Positions 1 through 11,819 of a stretch of DNA of 64,000 bases are shown piece by piece. Location of the stretch: the NCBI GenBank assembly GCA_041918855.1, contig JAYRUX010000014.1, positions 778 through 64,777 of the forward strand. Direction: 5' to 3'. Positions within the stretch are counted from its first letter, which is position 1; each line of letters opens with the position of its first letter. The position numbers were made by a program, and so were the translations under genes. Below the pieces are notes generated by a model that saw nothing but the letters and a program-made list of their open reading frames with translations, did not search any database and was not told where the DNA came from. This DNA is from Luteimonas sp. GTDB taxonomy: Bacteria > Pseudomonadota > Gammaproteobacteria > Xanthomonadales > Xanthomonadaceae.

Positions 1-6
1 CCGCGT

Positions 7-963
7 TCACAGCGTCTGCTCCAGCACGCGCCAGCACAGCTCGGCGTAGTCGCAGCCGAGCTGGGCCGCGGCCTTGGGCACCAGCGAATGGCTGGTCATT
101 CCCGGCGCGGTGTTGACCTCGATCAGCTGCAGGCCACGGTCGCGGTCGCGCATCACGTCCACCCGTCCCCAGCCGCTGCAGCCGGCGGCGCGGAACGCCG
201 CCAGCGACAGCGCGCGGATGGCCGCCTCGTCGTCGCCGTCGAGCCCGGGGCACAGGTATTGCGTGTCCTCGGCGACGTACTTGGCGTGGTAGTCGTACCA
301 CTCGCCCGCCGGCACGATGCGGATCGACGGCAACGCGACATCGCCGAGGATCCCGACCGTGAGCTCGTCGCCCTGGACCATCTGCTCCATCAGCAGCTCG
401 CCGTCGTAGCCGGCGGCGAACGCGATCGCGGGGGCGAGGTCGGCCTCGGCCAGCACCCGGAACACGCCGACGCTCGAGCCTTCGCAGGACGGCTTGACGA
501 ACACCGGGTAGCCAAGGCGCGCCGCGGCCGCGGCCAGGTCGGCGCCCTTCGGCAGCCGCTCGAAGCGCGGCGTCGGCAGGCCGGCCGCGATCCACACCTG
601 CTTGGTGCGCACCTTGTCCATCGTCAGCGCGCTGCCCAGCACGCCGGAGCCGGTGTACGGCACGTGCAGCGATTCCAACGTGCCCTGCAGCACGCCATTC
701 TCGCCGTGGCCGCCGTGGAGGATGTTGAACACGCGGTCGAAGCCGCCCTTGCCGGGCTTCTGCGCCTGGAGCTCGCGCACCAGGTTGGCGACGCCGTCGA
801 CGGCATCGGCATCGACGCCGCGCGAGCGCAACGCCTCGAGCACGTTGCGGCCGGAATCCAGCGACACCTCGCGCTCGCTGCTCGTCCCGCCCATCAGCAC
901 GGCGACATGGCCGAACGCGGACGGCTCGGTGGTGCGCAGCGGCGGCAGCACGTGCCCGCTCAT
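7..963 (-). CDS. ddl: D-alanine--D-alanine ligase
   Basis: C-terminal part of ORF 7..2466, starting at ATG 963 (MSGHVLPP). Motifs [38 protein letters not shown]. Lies after murC. Confidence 0.96.
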   Translation of the reverse strand: MSGHVLPPLRTTEPSAFGHVAVLMGGTSSEREVSLDSGRNVLEALRSRGVDADAVDGVANLVRELQAQKPGKGGFDRVFNILHGGHGENGVLQGTLESLHVPYTGSGVLGSALTMDKVRTKQVWIAAGLPTPRFERLPKGADLAAAAARLGYPVFVKPSCEGSSVGVFRVLAEADLAPAIAFAAGYDGELLMEQMVQGDELTVGILGDVALPSIRIVPAGEWYDYHAKYVAEDTQYLCPGLDGDDEAAIRALSLAAFRAAGCSGWGRVDVMRDRDRGLQLIEVNTAPGMTSHSLVPKAAAQLGCDYAELCWRVLEQTL

Positions 964-2408
964 GCGCCCTCCCCCGCGAAGCCATCGGCGGCCAGCGCCT
1001 GCGCGGCATGGCCGATGTCGCCCGCGCCCATCAGCAGCACCAGGTCGCCGTCCTGCAGGATGTCGGGCAGCACGTCGCGCAGGTCCGTCGCGCCACCGAC
1101 CACGACGGGATCGATGCGGCCGCGGGCGCGGATGGCGCGCGCCAGCGACTTCGCGTCGGCACCGGCGATCGGCGCCTCGCCTGCCGGGTAGACCTCGGTC
1201 AGCACCAGCGCGTCGACCGACGACAGCACGCCGGCGAAGTCGTCGAACAGGTCGCGGGTGCGGGTGTAGCGATGCGGCTGGAACGCGACCACCAGGCGGC
1301 GGTCGGGCCAGCCGCCGCGCGCCGCGGCAAACACCGCCGCCAGCTCCTTCGGGTGGTGCCCGTAGTCGTCCACCAGCTGCACCGTCGCGCCCTGCGGCGT
1401 GCGCAGTTCCGCGAGCAGGTTGAAGCGGCGGCCGATGCCCTGGAACTTCTCCAGCGCGGCCGCGATCGACGGCGCCGGCACGCCCAGCTGCCAGGCCACG
1501 GCGGCCGCGGCGAGCGCGTTCTGCACGTTGTGCCGTCCGGGCAGCGCGAGCGTGATCGCGCACTGCGTGCCATCCGGGAAGCGCAGCGCGAAGTGCATGC
1601 GCGCGCCGTGCTGCTCGACGTCGGCGGCGCGGATGTCGGCGTCTTCGTGGAAGCCGTAGGTCATGACGTGGCGCGGCACCGCGGCGGCGAGCGTCGCGAC
1701 CTCCTCGTCGTCGATGCACAGCACCGCCAGGCCGTAGAACGGCAGCCGGTGCAGGAACTCGGAGAACGCCGCCTGCACGCGCGCGAAGTCGCCACCGTAG
1801 TTCTCGAGGTGGTCGGCATCGATGTTGGTGACGATCGCGATCAACGGGTTCAGGCGCAGGAAGCTGCCGTCGCTCTCGTCGGCCTCGGCCACCAGCCAGT
1901 CGCCGCCGCCCAGGCGGGCGTTGGCGCCAGCGGCGAGCAGCTGCCCGCCGATGACGAAGGTGGGATCCAGCCCGCCTTCGGCGAGCACGCTCGCAAGCAG
2001 CGACGTGGTGGTGGTCTTGCCGTGGGTGCCGGCGACCGCGATGCCGCGGCGGAAGCGCATCAGCTCGGCCAGCATCTCCGCGCGCGGCACCACCGGGATG
2101 CGCTGCGCGCGGGCCTCCATCAGCTCCGGGTTGTCCGGGCGGATGGCGCTCGACACCACCACGCAGTCGGTGCCGAGCACGTTGGCCGCGCCATGGCCGC
2201 GGTGGACGGTGGCGCCCAGCGTCGCCAGCCGGCGCGTGACCGCATTGTCGGCGGTGTCGGAGCCCGAGACCTGGTAGCCGAGCGTGCACAGCACCTCGGC
2301 GATGCCGCTCATGCCGGTACCGCCGATGCCGACGAAATGCACGCGCGGATAGCGCCTGGCGAAGTCCGCGGTGGACATGCCGTGAGTGTCGAGCAGGCGC
2401 CGGATCAC
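960..2408 (-). CDS. murC: UDP-N-acetylmuramate--L-alanine ligase
   Basis: [43 protein letters not shown] start at 2408 overlaps the ftsW stop, with GGAGG upstream. Confidence 0.96.
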   Translation of the reverse strand: MIRRLLDTHGMSTADFARRYPRVHFVGIGGTGMSGIAEVLCTLGYQVSGSDTADNAVTRRLATLGATVHRGHGAANVLGTDCVVVSSAIRPDNPELMEARAQRIPVVPRAEMLAELMRFRRGIAVAGTHGKTTTTSLLASVLAEGGLDPTFVIGGQLLAAGANARLGGGDWLVAEADESDGSFLRLNPLIAIVTNIDADHLENYGGDFARVQAAFSEFLHRLPFYGLAVLCIDDEEVATLAAAVPRHVMTYGFHEDADIRAADVEQHGARMHFALRFPDGTQCAITLALPGRHNVQNALAAAAVAWQLGVPAPSIAAALEKFQGIGRRFNLLAELRTPQGATVQLVDDYGHHPKELAAVFAAARGGWPDRRLVVAFQPHRYTRTRDLFDDFAGVLSSVDALVLTEVYPAGEAPIAGADAKSLARAIRARGRIDPVVVGGATDLRDVLPDILQDGDLVLLMGAGDIGHAAQALAADGFAGEGA

Positions 2409-3712
2409 CGCACCACCTCCGACCCGAAGCTGGGCTCGATGCGCTTGCGCAGGCGGCTGGTGCCACGGCTGGCCGCGACGGGCGCAGGCTGGCTGGTGGG
2501 CGGCACGGTGGAAGGCCCCGCGTGCACCGCGGCGCCCTCGCCGCGCAGGCGCGCCACCTGGCGCTGGGCGCGATCGAGCTCGTACGACACCCGCAGCAGC
2601 ACGCCGAGCGCGGCGCAGGTCATCAGGATGCTGGAGCCACCCGACGAGATCATCGGCAGGGTGAGGCCCTTGGTCGGCAGCAGGCCGAGGTTGACGCCGA
2701 TCGACACCATGCTCTGCAGGCCCATCCACAGCGCGATGCCGAAGGCGCAGTAGCCGGCGAAGTGGCGCCGCATCTCGACGCAGGCCAGGCCGATCCAGAA
2801 GGCGCGGCCCACCAGCAGCACGTACAGGCCGATCACGCAGCAGATGCCGAAGAAGCCGAGCTCCTCGCCGATCACCGCGAGGATGAAATCGGTGTGCGCC
2901 TCGGGCAGGTAGGACAGCTTCTGCACCGATGCCCCCAGGCCGACGCCGAACCACTCGCCGCGGCCGATCGCCATCAGCGCGTTCGCGAGCTGGTAGCCGC
3001 TGTTGAACGGGTCCGCGAACGGATCCATGAACGAGGTCAGCCGGCGCATGCGGTAGGGCTCGGCGATCGCCACGATCGCCAGCAGGGGCAACAGCACCAG
3101 CACCGGCGCCGCCATGCGCGGCATGTGCACGCCGCCCAGCACCAGCATGCCGGCGGTGATGGCCAGGATCAGCGCCAGCGAGCCGAAGTCGGGCTGGAAC
3201 ACCAGCAGCGCCATCAGCCCCATTGCCACGAACAGCGGCTTCAGCATCGCGCCCCAGGTGGCGTTGACCTCGTCGCGGAAGCGCACCAGGTAGCTCGCCA
3301 GCCACACGATGTACATCAGCTTCACCGCTTCCACGGCCTGGAAGTTGGAGACGCCGAGGTTGAGCCAGCGCTTCGCGCCGTTGACGGTGTGCCCGATGCC
3401 GGGCACGAACACCAGCAGCAGCATCACGAAGCAGGCCAGCAGCAGCAGGCGGTCGTAGCGCTCCACCGTCTTGAGCTCGGTGCGCATGGCCCATACCGCG
3501 AGGCCGCTGCCCAGCACCAGGAACACCAGGTGGCGGGTGAGGAAGTAGAACGGCCCCACCTCGAGATCCTCGCCGATGGCGATGGAGCTCGATGCGACCA
3601 TGACCACGCCGAGCGCGGCCAGCGCGATCGAGACACCGAGCAGCCACGGGTCGAAGCGGCCGGTGATGGCGTCGAGGCGGGTGGCCTGCGAGCTGTCGTG
3701 GCTGCGGTCCAT
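2405..3712 (-). CDS. ftsW: Peptidoglycan polymerase FtsW (SEDS family)
   Basis: MDRSHDSS start; motifs [37 protein letters not shown]. Lies in the dcw cluster. Confidence 0.95.
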   Translation of the reverse strand: MDRSHDSSQATRLDAITGRFDPWLLGVSIALAALGVVMVASSSIAIGEDLEVGPFYFLTRHLVFLVLGSGLAVWAMRTELKTVERYDRLLLLACFVMLLLVFVPGIGHTVNGAKRWLNLGVSNFQAVEAVKLMYIVWLASYLVRFRDEVNATWGAMLKPLFVAMGLMALLVFQPDFGSLALILAITAGMLVLGGVHMPRMAAPVLVLLPLLAIVAIAEPYRMRRLTSFMDPFADPFNSGYQLANALMAIGRGEWFGVGLGASVQKLSYLPEAHTDFILAVIGEELGFFGICCVIGLYVLLVGRAFWIGLACVEMRRHFAGYCAFGIALWMGLQSMVSIGVNLGLLPTKGLTLPMISSGGSSILMTCAALGVLLRVSYELDRAQRQVARLRGEGAAVHAGPSTVPPTSQPAPVAASRGTSRLRKRIEPSFGSEVVR

Positions 3713-4797
3713 CAGCGCACCTTCAACGTGGCGAGCCCGACCAGCACCAGGATCACCGAGATGATCCAGAAGCGCACGATCACGCGCGGCTCCGGCCAGC
3801 CCTTCAGTTCGAAGTGGTGGTGGATGGGCGCCATCCGGAACACGCGCTTGCCGGTGAGCTTGAACGACGCCACCTGGATCATCACCGAGAGCGTCTCGAT
3901 GACGAAGATGCCGCCCATCACCACCAGCACCAGTTCCTGGCGCACGATCACCGCGATCGTCCCGAGCACCGCGCCCAGCGCGAGCGCGCCGATGTCGCCC
4001 ATGAACACCATCGCCGGGTAGGTGTTGAACCACAGGAAGCCGAGTCCCGCGCCGGCGATCGCGGCGCAGATGATCACCAGTTCGCCCGCGCCCGGGATCT
4101 GCGGGATCTGCAGGTAGGTCGAGAACACCGCATGGCCCGAGGCGTAGGCGAACACGCCGAGCGCGCACGCGACCAGCACCGTCGGCATGATCGCCAGCCC
4201 GTCGAGGCCATCGGTGAGGTTGACCGCGTTGGAGAAGCCGACGATCCAGAAGTAGGCGATGGCGACGAAGCTCACGCCTACCAGCGGCAGCGCCACGGCC
4301 TTGAACAGCGGGATGTAGAAGGTGGTCGCCGCCGGCACGTCGGCGGTGTAGTACAGGTACAGGCCGGCGCCAAGGCCGAACACCGACTGCAGCAGGTACT
4401 TCCACCGCGACTTCAGGCCGTTCGGGTCGCGCCTGACGATCTTGATCCAGTCGTCGTACCAGCCGATGGCGCCGAAGGCGAGCATGACCAGCAGCACCAC
4501 CCACACGTACTTGTTGCGCAGGTCGCCCCACAGCAGGACCGAGGCGAGCACGGTGAGCAGGATCAGCGCGCCACCCATGGTCGGCGTGCCGGCCTTGGAG
4601 AAATGCGTCTGCGGGCCGTCGCTGCGGATGGGCTGGCCGCCCTTGTACTGGGCCAGGCGGCGGATCACCGCCGGCCCCCACCACAGCGACAGCCCGAGGG
4701 AGGTCAGCGCGGCCAGGATGCCGCGGAAGGTCAGGTAGCCGAACAGGCCGAACAGGCCTTCCAGCTGCACCAGCCAGCGCGTGAGTTCAAGCAGCAT
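3712..4797 (-). CDS. mraY: Phospho-N-acetylmuramoyl-pentapeptide transferase
   Basis: [38 protein letters not shown]. Confidence 0.97.
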   Translation of the reverse strand: MLLELTRWLVQLEGLFGLFGYLTFRGILAALTSLGLSLWWGPAVIRRLAQYKGGQPIRSDGPQTHFSKAGTPTMGGALILLTVLASVLLWGDLRNKYVWVVLLVMLAFGAIGWYDDWIKIVRRDPNGLKSRWKYLLQSVFGLGAGLYLYYTADVPAATTFYIPLFKAVALPLVGVSFVAIAYFWIVGFSNAVNLTDGLDGLAIMPTVLVACALGVFAYASGHAVFSTYLQIPQIPGAGELVIICAAIAGAGLGFLWFNTYPAMVFMGDIGALALGAVLGTIAVIVRQELVLVVMGGIFVIETLSVMIQVASFKLTGKRVFRMAPIHHHFELKGWPEPRVIVRFWIISVILVLVGLATLKVR

Positions 4798-6226
4798 GCG
4801 CGGCATCTCCTTCCAGCAGCATCGCGACCACGCGGTCCATCGCGCTTCCGCGCGATCCCTTCACCACCACGGTCACGTCCGGCGGCACCGCATCCGCCAT
4901 GGCGGTCGCGCCGGTGGGCGCGGCCATCGCCGCGGGCGCCTGCCGCGCCACCTCGAGATCCCCGCGCAGCGCCTCGGCCAGCGCCGCATGCGAGTCGAAC
5001 ACGCGCCCGCCGTCGCCGAAGGCCTCCGCCGCGTGCGCGCTCAGCGTGCCCAGCGCGTACACGCGCGCGACGCCGGCGGCGCGCGCGCGCCTGCCCGCCT
5101 CGGCGTGCAGCGCCTCGGCGTCGTCGCCCAGCTCGCGCATGTCGCCGAGCACCAGCCAGCGTTCGCCGGCGGTGTCGGCCAGCACGTCGATCGCGGCATT
5201 GAGCGAACCCGGATTCGCGTTGTAGCTGTCGTCGACCAGCACCGCGCCGCTCGACAGGCGGTGGCGCACCAGCCGCCCCGCGACCGCCTGCACGTCGCCC
5301 AGGCCTGCCGCGATGGTGTCGAGGTCCACGCCGCAGCCCAGGGCGAGGCCGGCCGCGGCCATGGCGTTGGCGACGTTGTGGCGGCCCGGCAGCGGCAGGG
5401 CCACTGCCACGTCGCCCAGCGGCGTGACCAGCACGAAGCGCGAGCCTTCGCCGTCGGAGGCGAGGTCGCGCACGGTGATGTCGGGGGAGTCGCCGAAGCC
5501 GAAGCGGATCAGCCGGCGTCCGTGGGCACGCTCGGCGAAGTACGGCGCGAAGGCGTCGTCCACGTTGATCACCGCCACGCCGTCGGCCGGCAGTGCGTCG
5601 TACACCGCGGCCTTGGTCTCGGCGATCGCCAGCAGGCTGCCCATGCGCTCCAGGTGCGCCGGCGCCACGTTGTTGACCAGCGCCACGTCCGGGCGCGCGA
5701 TGGCGGTGAGGTAGGCGATGTCGCCGGGCTTGCCGGCGCCCATCTCGTAGACCGCGGTGTCGGCGTCCTCGGGCGCATCGATGACTGCCAGCGGCAGGCC
5801 GATCTCGTTGTTGCGGTTGCCGGGGTTGGCGTAGGCGCGGCCAGCGCGCGACAGGATCGCGAGCGTGCACTGCTTGACGCTGGTCTTGCCGTTGCTGCCG
5901 GTGACCGCGACCACGCGCGTGCCGCGGGCGCGCTGCATCGCGCCGGCGAGCGCGGCCAGCGCGCGCGTGGTGTCGGCCACCACCACCTGCGGGATCGTGA
6001 TGTCGAGCTCGCGCGCGACCAGCGCCGCGCCGGCGCCCTGCGCGGCCGCGACGGCGACGTGGTCGTGGCCGTCGAAGCGCTCGCCGGCGAGCGCCACGAA
6101 CAGGGTCGCGGCGCCGCTGCCGTCGAAGCCGCGGGTATCGGTGGCGAGCGCGGACACGCTGGCATCGACGCCGACCAGGCGGCCACCGGTCCACTGGGCG
6201 ATCCGCGACAGCGGCAGGGTCATCAT
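4787..6226 (-). CDS. murF: UDP-MurNAc-tripeptide--D-Ala-D-Ala ligase
   Basis: [32 protein letters not shown]. Confidence 0.95.
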   Translation of the reverse strand: MMTLPLSRIAQWTGGRLVGVDASVSALATDTRGFDGSGAATLFVALAGERFDGHDHVAVAAAQGAGAALVARELDITIPQVVVADTTRALAALAGAMQRARGTRVVAVTGSNGKTSVKQCTLAILSRAGRAYANPGNRNNEIGLPLAVIDAPEDADTAVYEMGAGKPGDIAYLTAIARPDVALVNNVAPAHLERMGSLLAIAETKAAVYDALPADGVAVINVDDAFAPYFAERAHGRRLIRFGFGDSPDITVRDLASDGEGSRFVLVTPLGDVAVALPLPGRHNVANAMAAAGLALGCGVDLDTIAAGLGDVQAVAGRLVRHRLSSGAVLVDDSYNANPGSLNAAIDVLADTAGERWLVLGDMRELGDDAEALHAEAGRRARAAGVARVYALGTLSAHAAEAFGDGGRVFDSHAALAEALRGDLEVARQAPAAMAAPTGATAMADAVPPDVTVVVKGSRGSAMDRVVAMLLEGDAAHAA

Positions 6227-7698
6227 GCCCGCGCCTCCAGCGCCGCACGCGCCACCAGGCTGTCGTCGAAGTCGTGGCGCACGCCGTGGATCTCCTGGTA
6301 GGGCTCGTGCCCCTTGCCCGCCACCAGCACGATGTCGCCGGGGCCGGCGTCGCCGACGGCGCGGCGGATGGCGGCGGCGCGGTCGCGCTGCACGGTCACG
6401 GCGTCGCGGCGCGCGAAGCCGGCGAGGATCTCGGCGACGATGGCATCGCCGTCCTCGCCACGCGGGTTGTCGTCGGTCACCACCACGGCGTCGGCGCCGG
6501 CTTCGGCCACCGCTGCCATCTGCGGGCGCTTGCCGCGGTCGCGCTCGCCGCCGCAGCCGAACACGCAGACGATGCGCCCGGCGGCGTGCGCGCGCAGGCC
6601 CGACAGCGCCTGCTCCAGCGCATCCGGGGTGTGTGCGTAGTCCACCACCACCAGCGGCTGGCCGTCGCCGCCGCCGAGGCGGTTCATGCGCCCGGCGATC
6701 GGCGCCAGGCGTGCGAGCGTGGCGGCGATGTCGGCCGGGGCTTCGCCCAGTGCGTGCATTACGCCGGCCACGGCCAGCAGGTTGTCGACATTGAAGCGGC
6801 CGAGCAGCGGCGAACGCACCGGCTCGCGGCCGTCGCCGATGCGCAGGTCGAAGCGGATGCCGGCGGCGTCGAGCACCACGTGCTCTGCACGCACCTCGGC
6901 CCCGTCGTCGCCGCGCGCACTGGTGCCGATCCGCCGCAGCGACGGCGCCAGCGCCGCGTGCAGCGCGCGGCCATGGGCGTCGTCGAGGTTCACCACCGCC
7001 GCCTCCAGACCGGGCCAGGCGAAGAGGCGCGCCTTGGCGGCGCCGTAGGCGGCCATGTCGCCGTGGTAGTCGAGGTGGTCGCGGGTGAGGTTGGTGAACA
7101 CGCCGATGCGGAAATGCACGCCGTCGACGCGCCCCTGGTCGAGCGCGTGCGAGCTCACTTCCATCGCCACCGCGTCGGCACCGGCGTCGCGCAGGTCCGC
7201 GAGCAGCGCATGCATCTGCAGCACCAGCGGCGTGGTGAAGCCGGTGGGCGCATGGGCGCCGTACAGTCCGGCGCCGAGGGTGCCGATGGTGCCGGCGCGG
7301 CGACCCCGCAGAGTCCAGGCCTGCGCCAGCAGTTGCACGGTGGAGGTCTTGCCGTTGGTGCCGGTGACGCCAACCGTGGCCATCGCCGCCGACGGCCGGC
7401 CGTGGAAGGTATCGGCCATCGTGCCCATGCGCGCGCGCAGGCCGGGCACCGCGATGGCGTCGGCCGGCGGCGCCGGCACGTCGGCCGGCACCGGCGGCTC
7501 GAACAGGATGGCGGCGGCGCCGGCGGCACGCGCCTGCGCGGTGAAGTGCAGGCCATGGGTGCCGAAGCCACCGATGGCGACGAAGGCGTTGCCCGGGGCG
7601 ATCGCGCGGCTGTCCTGCACCAGGCCGGTGACGGACAGCGTCGGCGGAACCGCCGGCACGTCCGGGAGCAGCTCGGCCAGGGACATGGTGCGGCTCAT
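6223..7698 (-). CDS. murE: UDP-MurNAc-dipeptide--DAP ligase
   Basis: [11 protein letters not shown] start; [36 protein letters not shown]. Confidence 0.96.
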   Translation of the reverse strand: MSRTMSLAELLPDVPAVPPTLSVTGLVQDSRAIAPGNAFVAIGGFGTHGLHFTAQARAAGAAAILFEPPVPADVPAPPADAIAVPGLRARMGTMADTFHGRPSAAMATVGVTGTNGKTSTVQLLAQAWTLRGRRAGTIGTLGAGLYGAHAPTGFTTPLVLQMHALLADLRDAGADAVAMEVSSHALDQGRVDGVHFRIGVFTNLTRDHLDYHGDMAAYGAAKARLFAWPGLEAAVVNLDDAHGRALHAALAPSLRRIGTSARGDDGAEVRAEHVVLDAAGIRFDLRIGDGREPVRSPLLGRFNVDNLLAVAGVMHALGEAPADIAATLARLAPIAGRMNRLGGGDGQPLVVVDYAHTPDALEQALSGLRAHAAGRIVCVFGCGGERDRGKRPQMAAVAEAGADAVVVTDDNPRGEDGDAIVAEILAGFARRDAVTVQRDRAAAIRRAVGDAGPGDIVLVAGKGHEPYQEIHGVRHDFDDSLVARAALEARA

Positions 7699-9590
7699 CG
7701 CCCTGCCTGCCCGGTCGGGAACAGCGGCGGCAACTCGGGCGCGCGGGCCGCGGTCGCGGCCGCCGGCAGCGGCGCGGTGGCGCGCGGCGCCGGCACCACG
7801 TCGACGCTCGCGGTGGGCGGCGCCTTGCCTGCCGCGCGCGCCGCCTTCGCCTCGGCTTCGGCCTGCGCCGCGAGCCAGGTCTCGATGTCGTCCGGCGGCA
7901 CGTCCATCAGCCGCAGGGCGCCGTCCATCACGCGCTGGAACACCGGCGCCGCGACCATGCCGCCGCCGTAGGTGGAGCCGCCGCGCGACGGGTCGGGATC
8001 GTCGATCACCACCGCCATCGAGAACCGCGGGTTCTCCACCGGCACGAGGCCGGCGAAGAAGGCGAGGTAGCGCCGCGCATAGCCGCCGCCGGAGGCCTTG
8101 CGCGCGGTGCCGGTCTTGCCGGCCACGTGGTAGCCCAGGATCGCGGCGCGGGTGGCGGTGCCGCCGGTCTCGGTGACGGTCTGCATCATGCGCACGACCT
8201 CGTCGGCGATCTCCGGCGCGATCACCTGCCTGGGCTCGTTGTGCTGGCCCTTGACGAAGGTCGGCGCGATGGCGCGGCCGTGGTTGCCGAGCGTGGCGTA
8301 GGCGTGCGCGATCTGCAGCGGCGTCGCCGACAGGCCGTAGCCGTAGGACATCGTCTGCTTGGTGGTGCCGCTCCACTGGTCCGGCGCCGGGAACAGGCCG
8401 GACGCCTCGCCGGGGAAGCCGCTGCCGGTGGGGCTGCCGTAGCCGAACCGGCGCAGGAAATCGTGGAAATCCTCGTTCGGCAGCATCTGCGCGATCTTCG
8501 CGGCGCCGACGTTGGAGCTCTTGGTCAGCACGCCGGTGGTGTCGAGCACGCCGTAGTTCTTGAAATCGCTGGTGCGGTAGCGGCCGTTCGCGATCCAGCC
8601 GGGGCTGGTGTTGAACTTCGTCTGCGGGGTGATCACGCCCGCCTCGAGGCCGGCGGCGACCGTCAGCGGCTTCATCGTCGAGCCCGGCTCGAGCAGGTCG
8701 GTGACGGCGCGGTTGCGGCGTGCGTCGCGGTTCTGCCCGGTCACCGCGTTCGGGTTGAAGGTCGGCAGGTTGGCCATCGCCAGGATCTCTCCGGTGGCGA
8801 CGTCCAGCACCACCACCGAGCCCGCGCTGGCTCCGGTCTCGAGCAGGGTGCGCTTGAGTTCGCGGTGCGCCAGGTACTGGATGCGGCGGTCGATGCTGAG
8901 GGTGAGGTCCTTGCCCGGCTCGGCCGGCCGCACCAGGTCGACGTTCTCCACCGTGCGGCCGCGGCGGTCGCGGATCACGCGCTCGGCGCCGGGGGTGCCG
9001 CGCAGCCAGTCGTCGAACGCGAGCTCGATGCCCTCCTGGCCCAGATCGTCGATGTTGGTGAAGCCCAGCACGTGCGCCAGCGCCTCGCCCTGCGGGTAGA
9101 AGCGGCGGAACTCGCGCTGGCTGAAGACGCCCGGCACCTTGTGCGCGAGGATATTCTCGGCCTCGGCCGGGTTGAGCCGGCGCTTGAGGAACACGAACTC
9201 CTTGTCGGCGCGCTCGCTGAGCTTGCGCGCCAGGTGGTCCTCGGGCACGCCCAGCGCCGCCGCCAGCTGCGGCAGGCGGTCGGGGTGCTTCAGCAGTTCC
9301 TGCGGGTTGCCCCAGATCGTGTCGACCGGCGACGACACCGCCAGCGGCTCGCCGTTGCGGTCGGTGATCATGCCGCGCGAGGTCGGGATCGGGATCTCGC
9401 GCAGGAAGCGGGAATCCGCTTTCTGCTGGTAGTAGGCGTTGTCGATCAGCTGCAGGTCGACCGCACGCGCCACCAGCGCCATGGCGCACAGGCCGAGACC
9501 GCCGGCGACGATCTTCAGCCGGCCGCGCAGGTCGAAGCGCGCGCGGCCGCGCGGCTTGCGGATGCCGTTGCGGGCGGTGGTGAACTTCAT
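7695..9590 (-). CDS. ftsI: Penicillin-binding protein 3
   Basis: N-terminal TM anchor; transpeptidase motifs STMK, SSN, KTG. Confidence 0.96.
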   Translation of the reverse strand: MKFTTARNGIRKPRGRARFDLRGRLKIVAGGLGLCAMALVARAVDLQLIDNAYYQQKADSRFLREIPIPTSRGMITDRNGEPLAVSSPVDTIWGNPQELLKHPDRLPQLAAALGVPEDHLARKLSERADKEFVFLKRRLNPAEAENILAHKVPGVFSQREFRRFYPQGEALAHVLGFTNIDDLGQEGIELAFDDWLRGTPGAERVIRDRRGRTVENVDLVRPAEPGKDLTLSIDRRIQYLAHRELKRTLLETGASAGSVVVLDVATGEILAMANLPTFNPNAVTGQNRDARRNRAVTDLLEPGSTMKPLTVAAGLEAGVITPQTKFNTSPGWIANGRYRTSDFKNYGVLDTTGVLTKSSNVGAAKIAQMLPNEDFHDFLRRFGYGSPTGSGFPGEASGLFPAPDQWSGTTKQTMSYGYGLSATPLQIAHAYATLGNHGRAIAPTFVKGQHNEPRQVIAPEIADEVVRMMQTVTETGGTATRAAILGYHVAGKTGTARKASGGGYARRYLAFFAGLVPVENPRFSMAVVIDDPDPSRGGSTYGGGMVAAPVFQRVMDGALRLMDVPPDDIETWLAAQAEAEAKAARAAGKAPPTASVDVVPAPRATAPLPAAATAARAPELPPLFPTGQAGR

Positions 9591-9850
9591 GGCCGCACCA
9601 CCACGATCTCGCCGGCTTCCGGGAACTTCATCCCCAGCCGGGCGCGCGCGACCTGGTCGATGCGGTTGCTCTCCGCCCAGGTCGCCTGCTCCAGCTGCAG
9701 GCGGCCGAAGTCGATGTCGAGCTCGTCGCGCTCGTGCGCCAGGCGCGTGAGCTGCACGAACAGCTGGCGGTGCTGGTGGCGCGCATGCACCACGCCGATG
9801 GCGGCGATGACGTTGGCCGCGAGCAGCACCAGGACCAGGAAGCGTGTCAC
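9587..9850 (-). CDS. ftsL: Cell division protein FtsL
   Basis: 87-aa TM plus coiled-coil protein (LQLEQATW...ARARLGM) between rsmH and ftsI, with 4-nt overlaps at both ends. Confidence 0.92.
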   Translation of the reverse strand: MTRFLVLVLLAANVIAAIGVVHARHQHRQLFVQLTRLAHERDELDIDFGRLQLEQATWAESNRIDQVARARLGMKFPEAGEIVVVRP

Positions 9851-10836
9851 GCCGCCGCCTCCGGCTTCTCGGCCACGCGAAGCACCGCGCTGCGCGCGCG
9901 CGGGTTGGCGGCGAGTTCGGCGGACGAGGCCTTGGTGGCGTCGCCGACCGCGCGCAGCGTCGGCACGAACGCCTCCGCCACCGGCAGCCTGCGGTTGCCC
10001 GGGGGCGCCTTGGCATGGCGCGCGATGAAGCGCTTGACGATGCGGTCCTCGAGCGAGTGGAAGCTGATCACCGCCAGCCGGCCGCCCGGCTTCAGCGCGG
10101 CGTGGGCGGCGTCGAGTCCGCGCTCGAGGTCGTCGAGCTCGCGGTTGACGTGGATGCGGATGGCCTGGAAGGTCCGCGTCGCCGGGTGCACCTCCTTCTG
10201 CCCGCGCACCGGCTTGCGCCGGGGCATGACCGAGGCGACCAGGTCCGCGAGCTCGGTCGTGGTCGCCAGCGGCGCCTGCGCGCGCGCGGCGACGATGGCG
10301 CGCGCGATGCGACGGCTCATGCGCTCCTCGCCGAAGGTCCACAGCACGTCGGCGATGGCGGCCTCGTCGGCGCGCGCCAACCAGTCGGCCGCGCTCTCGC
10401 CGCTTCCGGGATCCATGCGCATGTCCAGCGGGCCGGCCTTGCCGAAACTGAAGCCGCGGCCGGCGACGTCGAGCTGCGGCGACGACACCCCGAGGTCCAG
10501 CAGGATGCCGTCGAGCCCGGGCGCGACCGCGTCCCAGGCGCCGAGGTCGGCGAAGCTGCCCTGGCGGACCTGCACGCGCGGATCCGCCCCGGACACCTGT
10601 CCGGCTGCCGCGATCGCTTCGGGGTCCTTGTCCATCAGCAGCAGCCGGCCTCCAGGTCCGAGCCCTTGCAGGATTCCGCGCGCATGGCCGCCGCGGCCGA
10701 ACGTGCCATCCAGGTACGTGCCGTCCTTCCGGATCCGCAGCCCTTCCATGACCTGCTCGAACAGCACCGGCACGTGCCCTGCCGGCGGTTGCGGGACCGG
10801 AGGTTGCGCGGACGTGGCATCCGCGCCGCCGGTCAC
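9847..10836 (-). CDS. rsmH: 16S rRNA m4C1402 methyltransferase
   Basis: [44 protein letters not shown] start overlaps the mraZ stop. Confidence 0.96.
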   Translation of the reverse strand: MTGGADATSAQPPVPQPPAGHVPVLFEQVMEGLRIRKDGTYLDGTFGRGGHARGILQGLGPGGRLLLMDKDPEAIAAAGQVSGADPRVQVRQGSFADLGAWDAVAPGLDGILLDLGVSSPQLDVAGRGFSFGKAGPLDMRMDPGSGESAADWLARADEAAIADVLWTFGEERMSRRIARAIVAARAQAPLATTTELADLVASVMPRRKPVRGQKEVHPATRTFQAIRIHVNRELDDLERGLDAAHAALKPGGRLAVISFHSLEDRIVKRFIARHAKAPPGNRRLPVAEAFVPTLRAVGDATKASSAELAANPRARSAVLRVAEKPEAAA

Positions 10837-11279
10837 AGTTCCAGCCCGACCAGGTCCTCGCCCAGGTCCGCATCCCCGAGGGTCTGCCGGATCTGCGCGT
10901 GGTGCGCCTGCTCGCTCCAGAGTTCGAATTTGTCGCCCATGCCCAGCAGTACCGCCTTCTTCTCGATCCCGACCGCATTGCGGTGGCTGGCGGGGATGGA
11001 GATGCGGCCGTTGCCGTCGGGCTCGACGAAGGTGGCCGCGCCCACCAGCTTCAGCTGCAGGGTCCGGCTCACGCTGCGCGTGCGCGGCAGCGCGTTGACC
11101 TGGTCGCGCACGCGCTCCCAGACGGCAAGGGGATACAGATAGAGGGAGCCGGACTCGAACGGGTTGTAGGTCAGCACCAGGCGATTGCCGCACTCGGCCG
11201 CCACGACGTCCCGGTAGCCGGTGGGGATCGCCAGCCGGCCCTTGTCGTCGATGGTGATGGCGGTCTCGCCCTGGAACAC
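10833..11279 (-). CDS. mraZ: Division/cell wall cluster transcriptional repressor
   Basis: [10 protein letters not shown] and [10 protein letters not shown] repeats, GMGDKFELW; first gene of the dcw cluster. Confidence 0.96.
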   Translation of the reverse strand: MFQGETAITIDDKGRLAIPTGYRDVVAAECGNRLVLTYNPFESGSLYLYPLAVWERVRDQVNALPRTRSVSRTLQLKLVGAATFVEPDGNGRISIPASHRNAVGIEKKAVLLGMGDKFELWSEQAHHAQIRQTLGDADLGEDLVGLEL

Positions 11280-11329
11280 AACAACCCTGCCCTGTATGCC
11301 CGTCTGCGGCGAGCTTCAACCGCGGAAAA

Positions 11330-11363
11330 CCACTAAACACCAGGTCTTCCCACGTGTCGCCAC
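11330..11363 (-). promoter_or_regulatory. MraZ operator: four 10-bp-spaced GTGG/CTGG boxes
   Basis: Plus strand has CCAC 11330, CCAG 11340, CCAC 11350, CCAC 11360. On the minus strand this reads GTGG-N6-GTGG-N6-CTGG-N6-GTGG, about 50 bp upstream of mraZ, matching the known MraZ repeat architecture. Confidence 0.8.
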
Positions 11364-11460
11364 CTTAGGAGCGACCCCGGGGGTTGTCAACAGCTTTCAA
11401 CAGTCAATTTCATCAATCCCGTCAAGGACTTGCGCCACTCTTGAGAGACTTGTTCAAGCT

Positions 11461-11469
11461 TTATCCACA
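11461..11469 (+). promoter_or_regulatory. Consensus DnaA box TTATCCACA
   Basis: Exact 9-mer in the AT-rich region upstream of mraZ. Function not shown. Confidence 0.55.
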
Positions 11470-11696
11470 ACCTCCTGTTTCGTCTCAAATTTTGAGATCG
11501 AGTCGTCAGAACCGAAGTCAGTCATCGGGCGCGCGCCGGAGCACACAGCGACAACCGGACCGTTCGCAAGTGCGCCACGCATGATTGCGGTGACCCAAAT
11601 CGCCGGCATGACGTTGGCCTTGAGCACGTGCGGCGGGACGCGAGACAGAGCCCGCGGGCGCATCGGCCAGCCGCTCGCGAGCACACGCCTGCCCCA

Positions 11697-11717
11697 GCCC
11701 CCTTTAGCAAAGGGGGC
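11697..11717. repeat. Short palindrome GCCCCCTTT-AGC-AAAGGGGGC
   Basis: Perfect 9-bp stem with a 3-nt loop in the rnpB-mraZ intergenic region. Confidence 0.6.
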
Positions 11718-11783
11718 GCCGCGACAGCGGCGGGGAATTGGAAGCACGGCCGGGGGCCCAAAGTTTGCAGCGCAAGCTTTGGG

Positions 11784-11816
11784 GCTTTGGTTCGAAGCGA
11801 GGCTTCGAACCAAAGC
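11784..11816 (-). terminator. 15-bp perfect hairpin just downstream of rnpB (terminator or processing stem)
   Basis: GCTTTGGTTCGAAGC-GAG-GCTTCGAACCAAAGC, 3 nt from the rnpB 3' end. No clear U-tract. Confidence 0.55.
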
Positions 11817-11819
11817 GGC

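Noticed and set aside
3700-3720. murD absent between mraY and ftsW
   Set aside because: From recall, murD lies outside the dcw cluster in Xanthomonadaceae, so unlike murG this is expected.
4870-4950. Ala/Pro-rich insertion near the MurF C-terminus (and the FtsI tail)
   Set aside because: Low-complexity surface insertions are common in this family, and catalytic motifs are intact.
7-10978. Apparent giant fusion ORFs in the dcw cluster (for example 960..3647 and 6223..9489)
   Set aside because: These are upstream open-frame extensions. The true starts are internal and overlap the preceding stop codons.
11454-11813. 119-aa and other small ORFs in the rnpB-mraZ intergenic region
   Set aside because: No motif or convincing RBS. 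They overlap hairpins and the promoter region.
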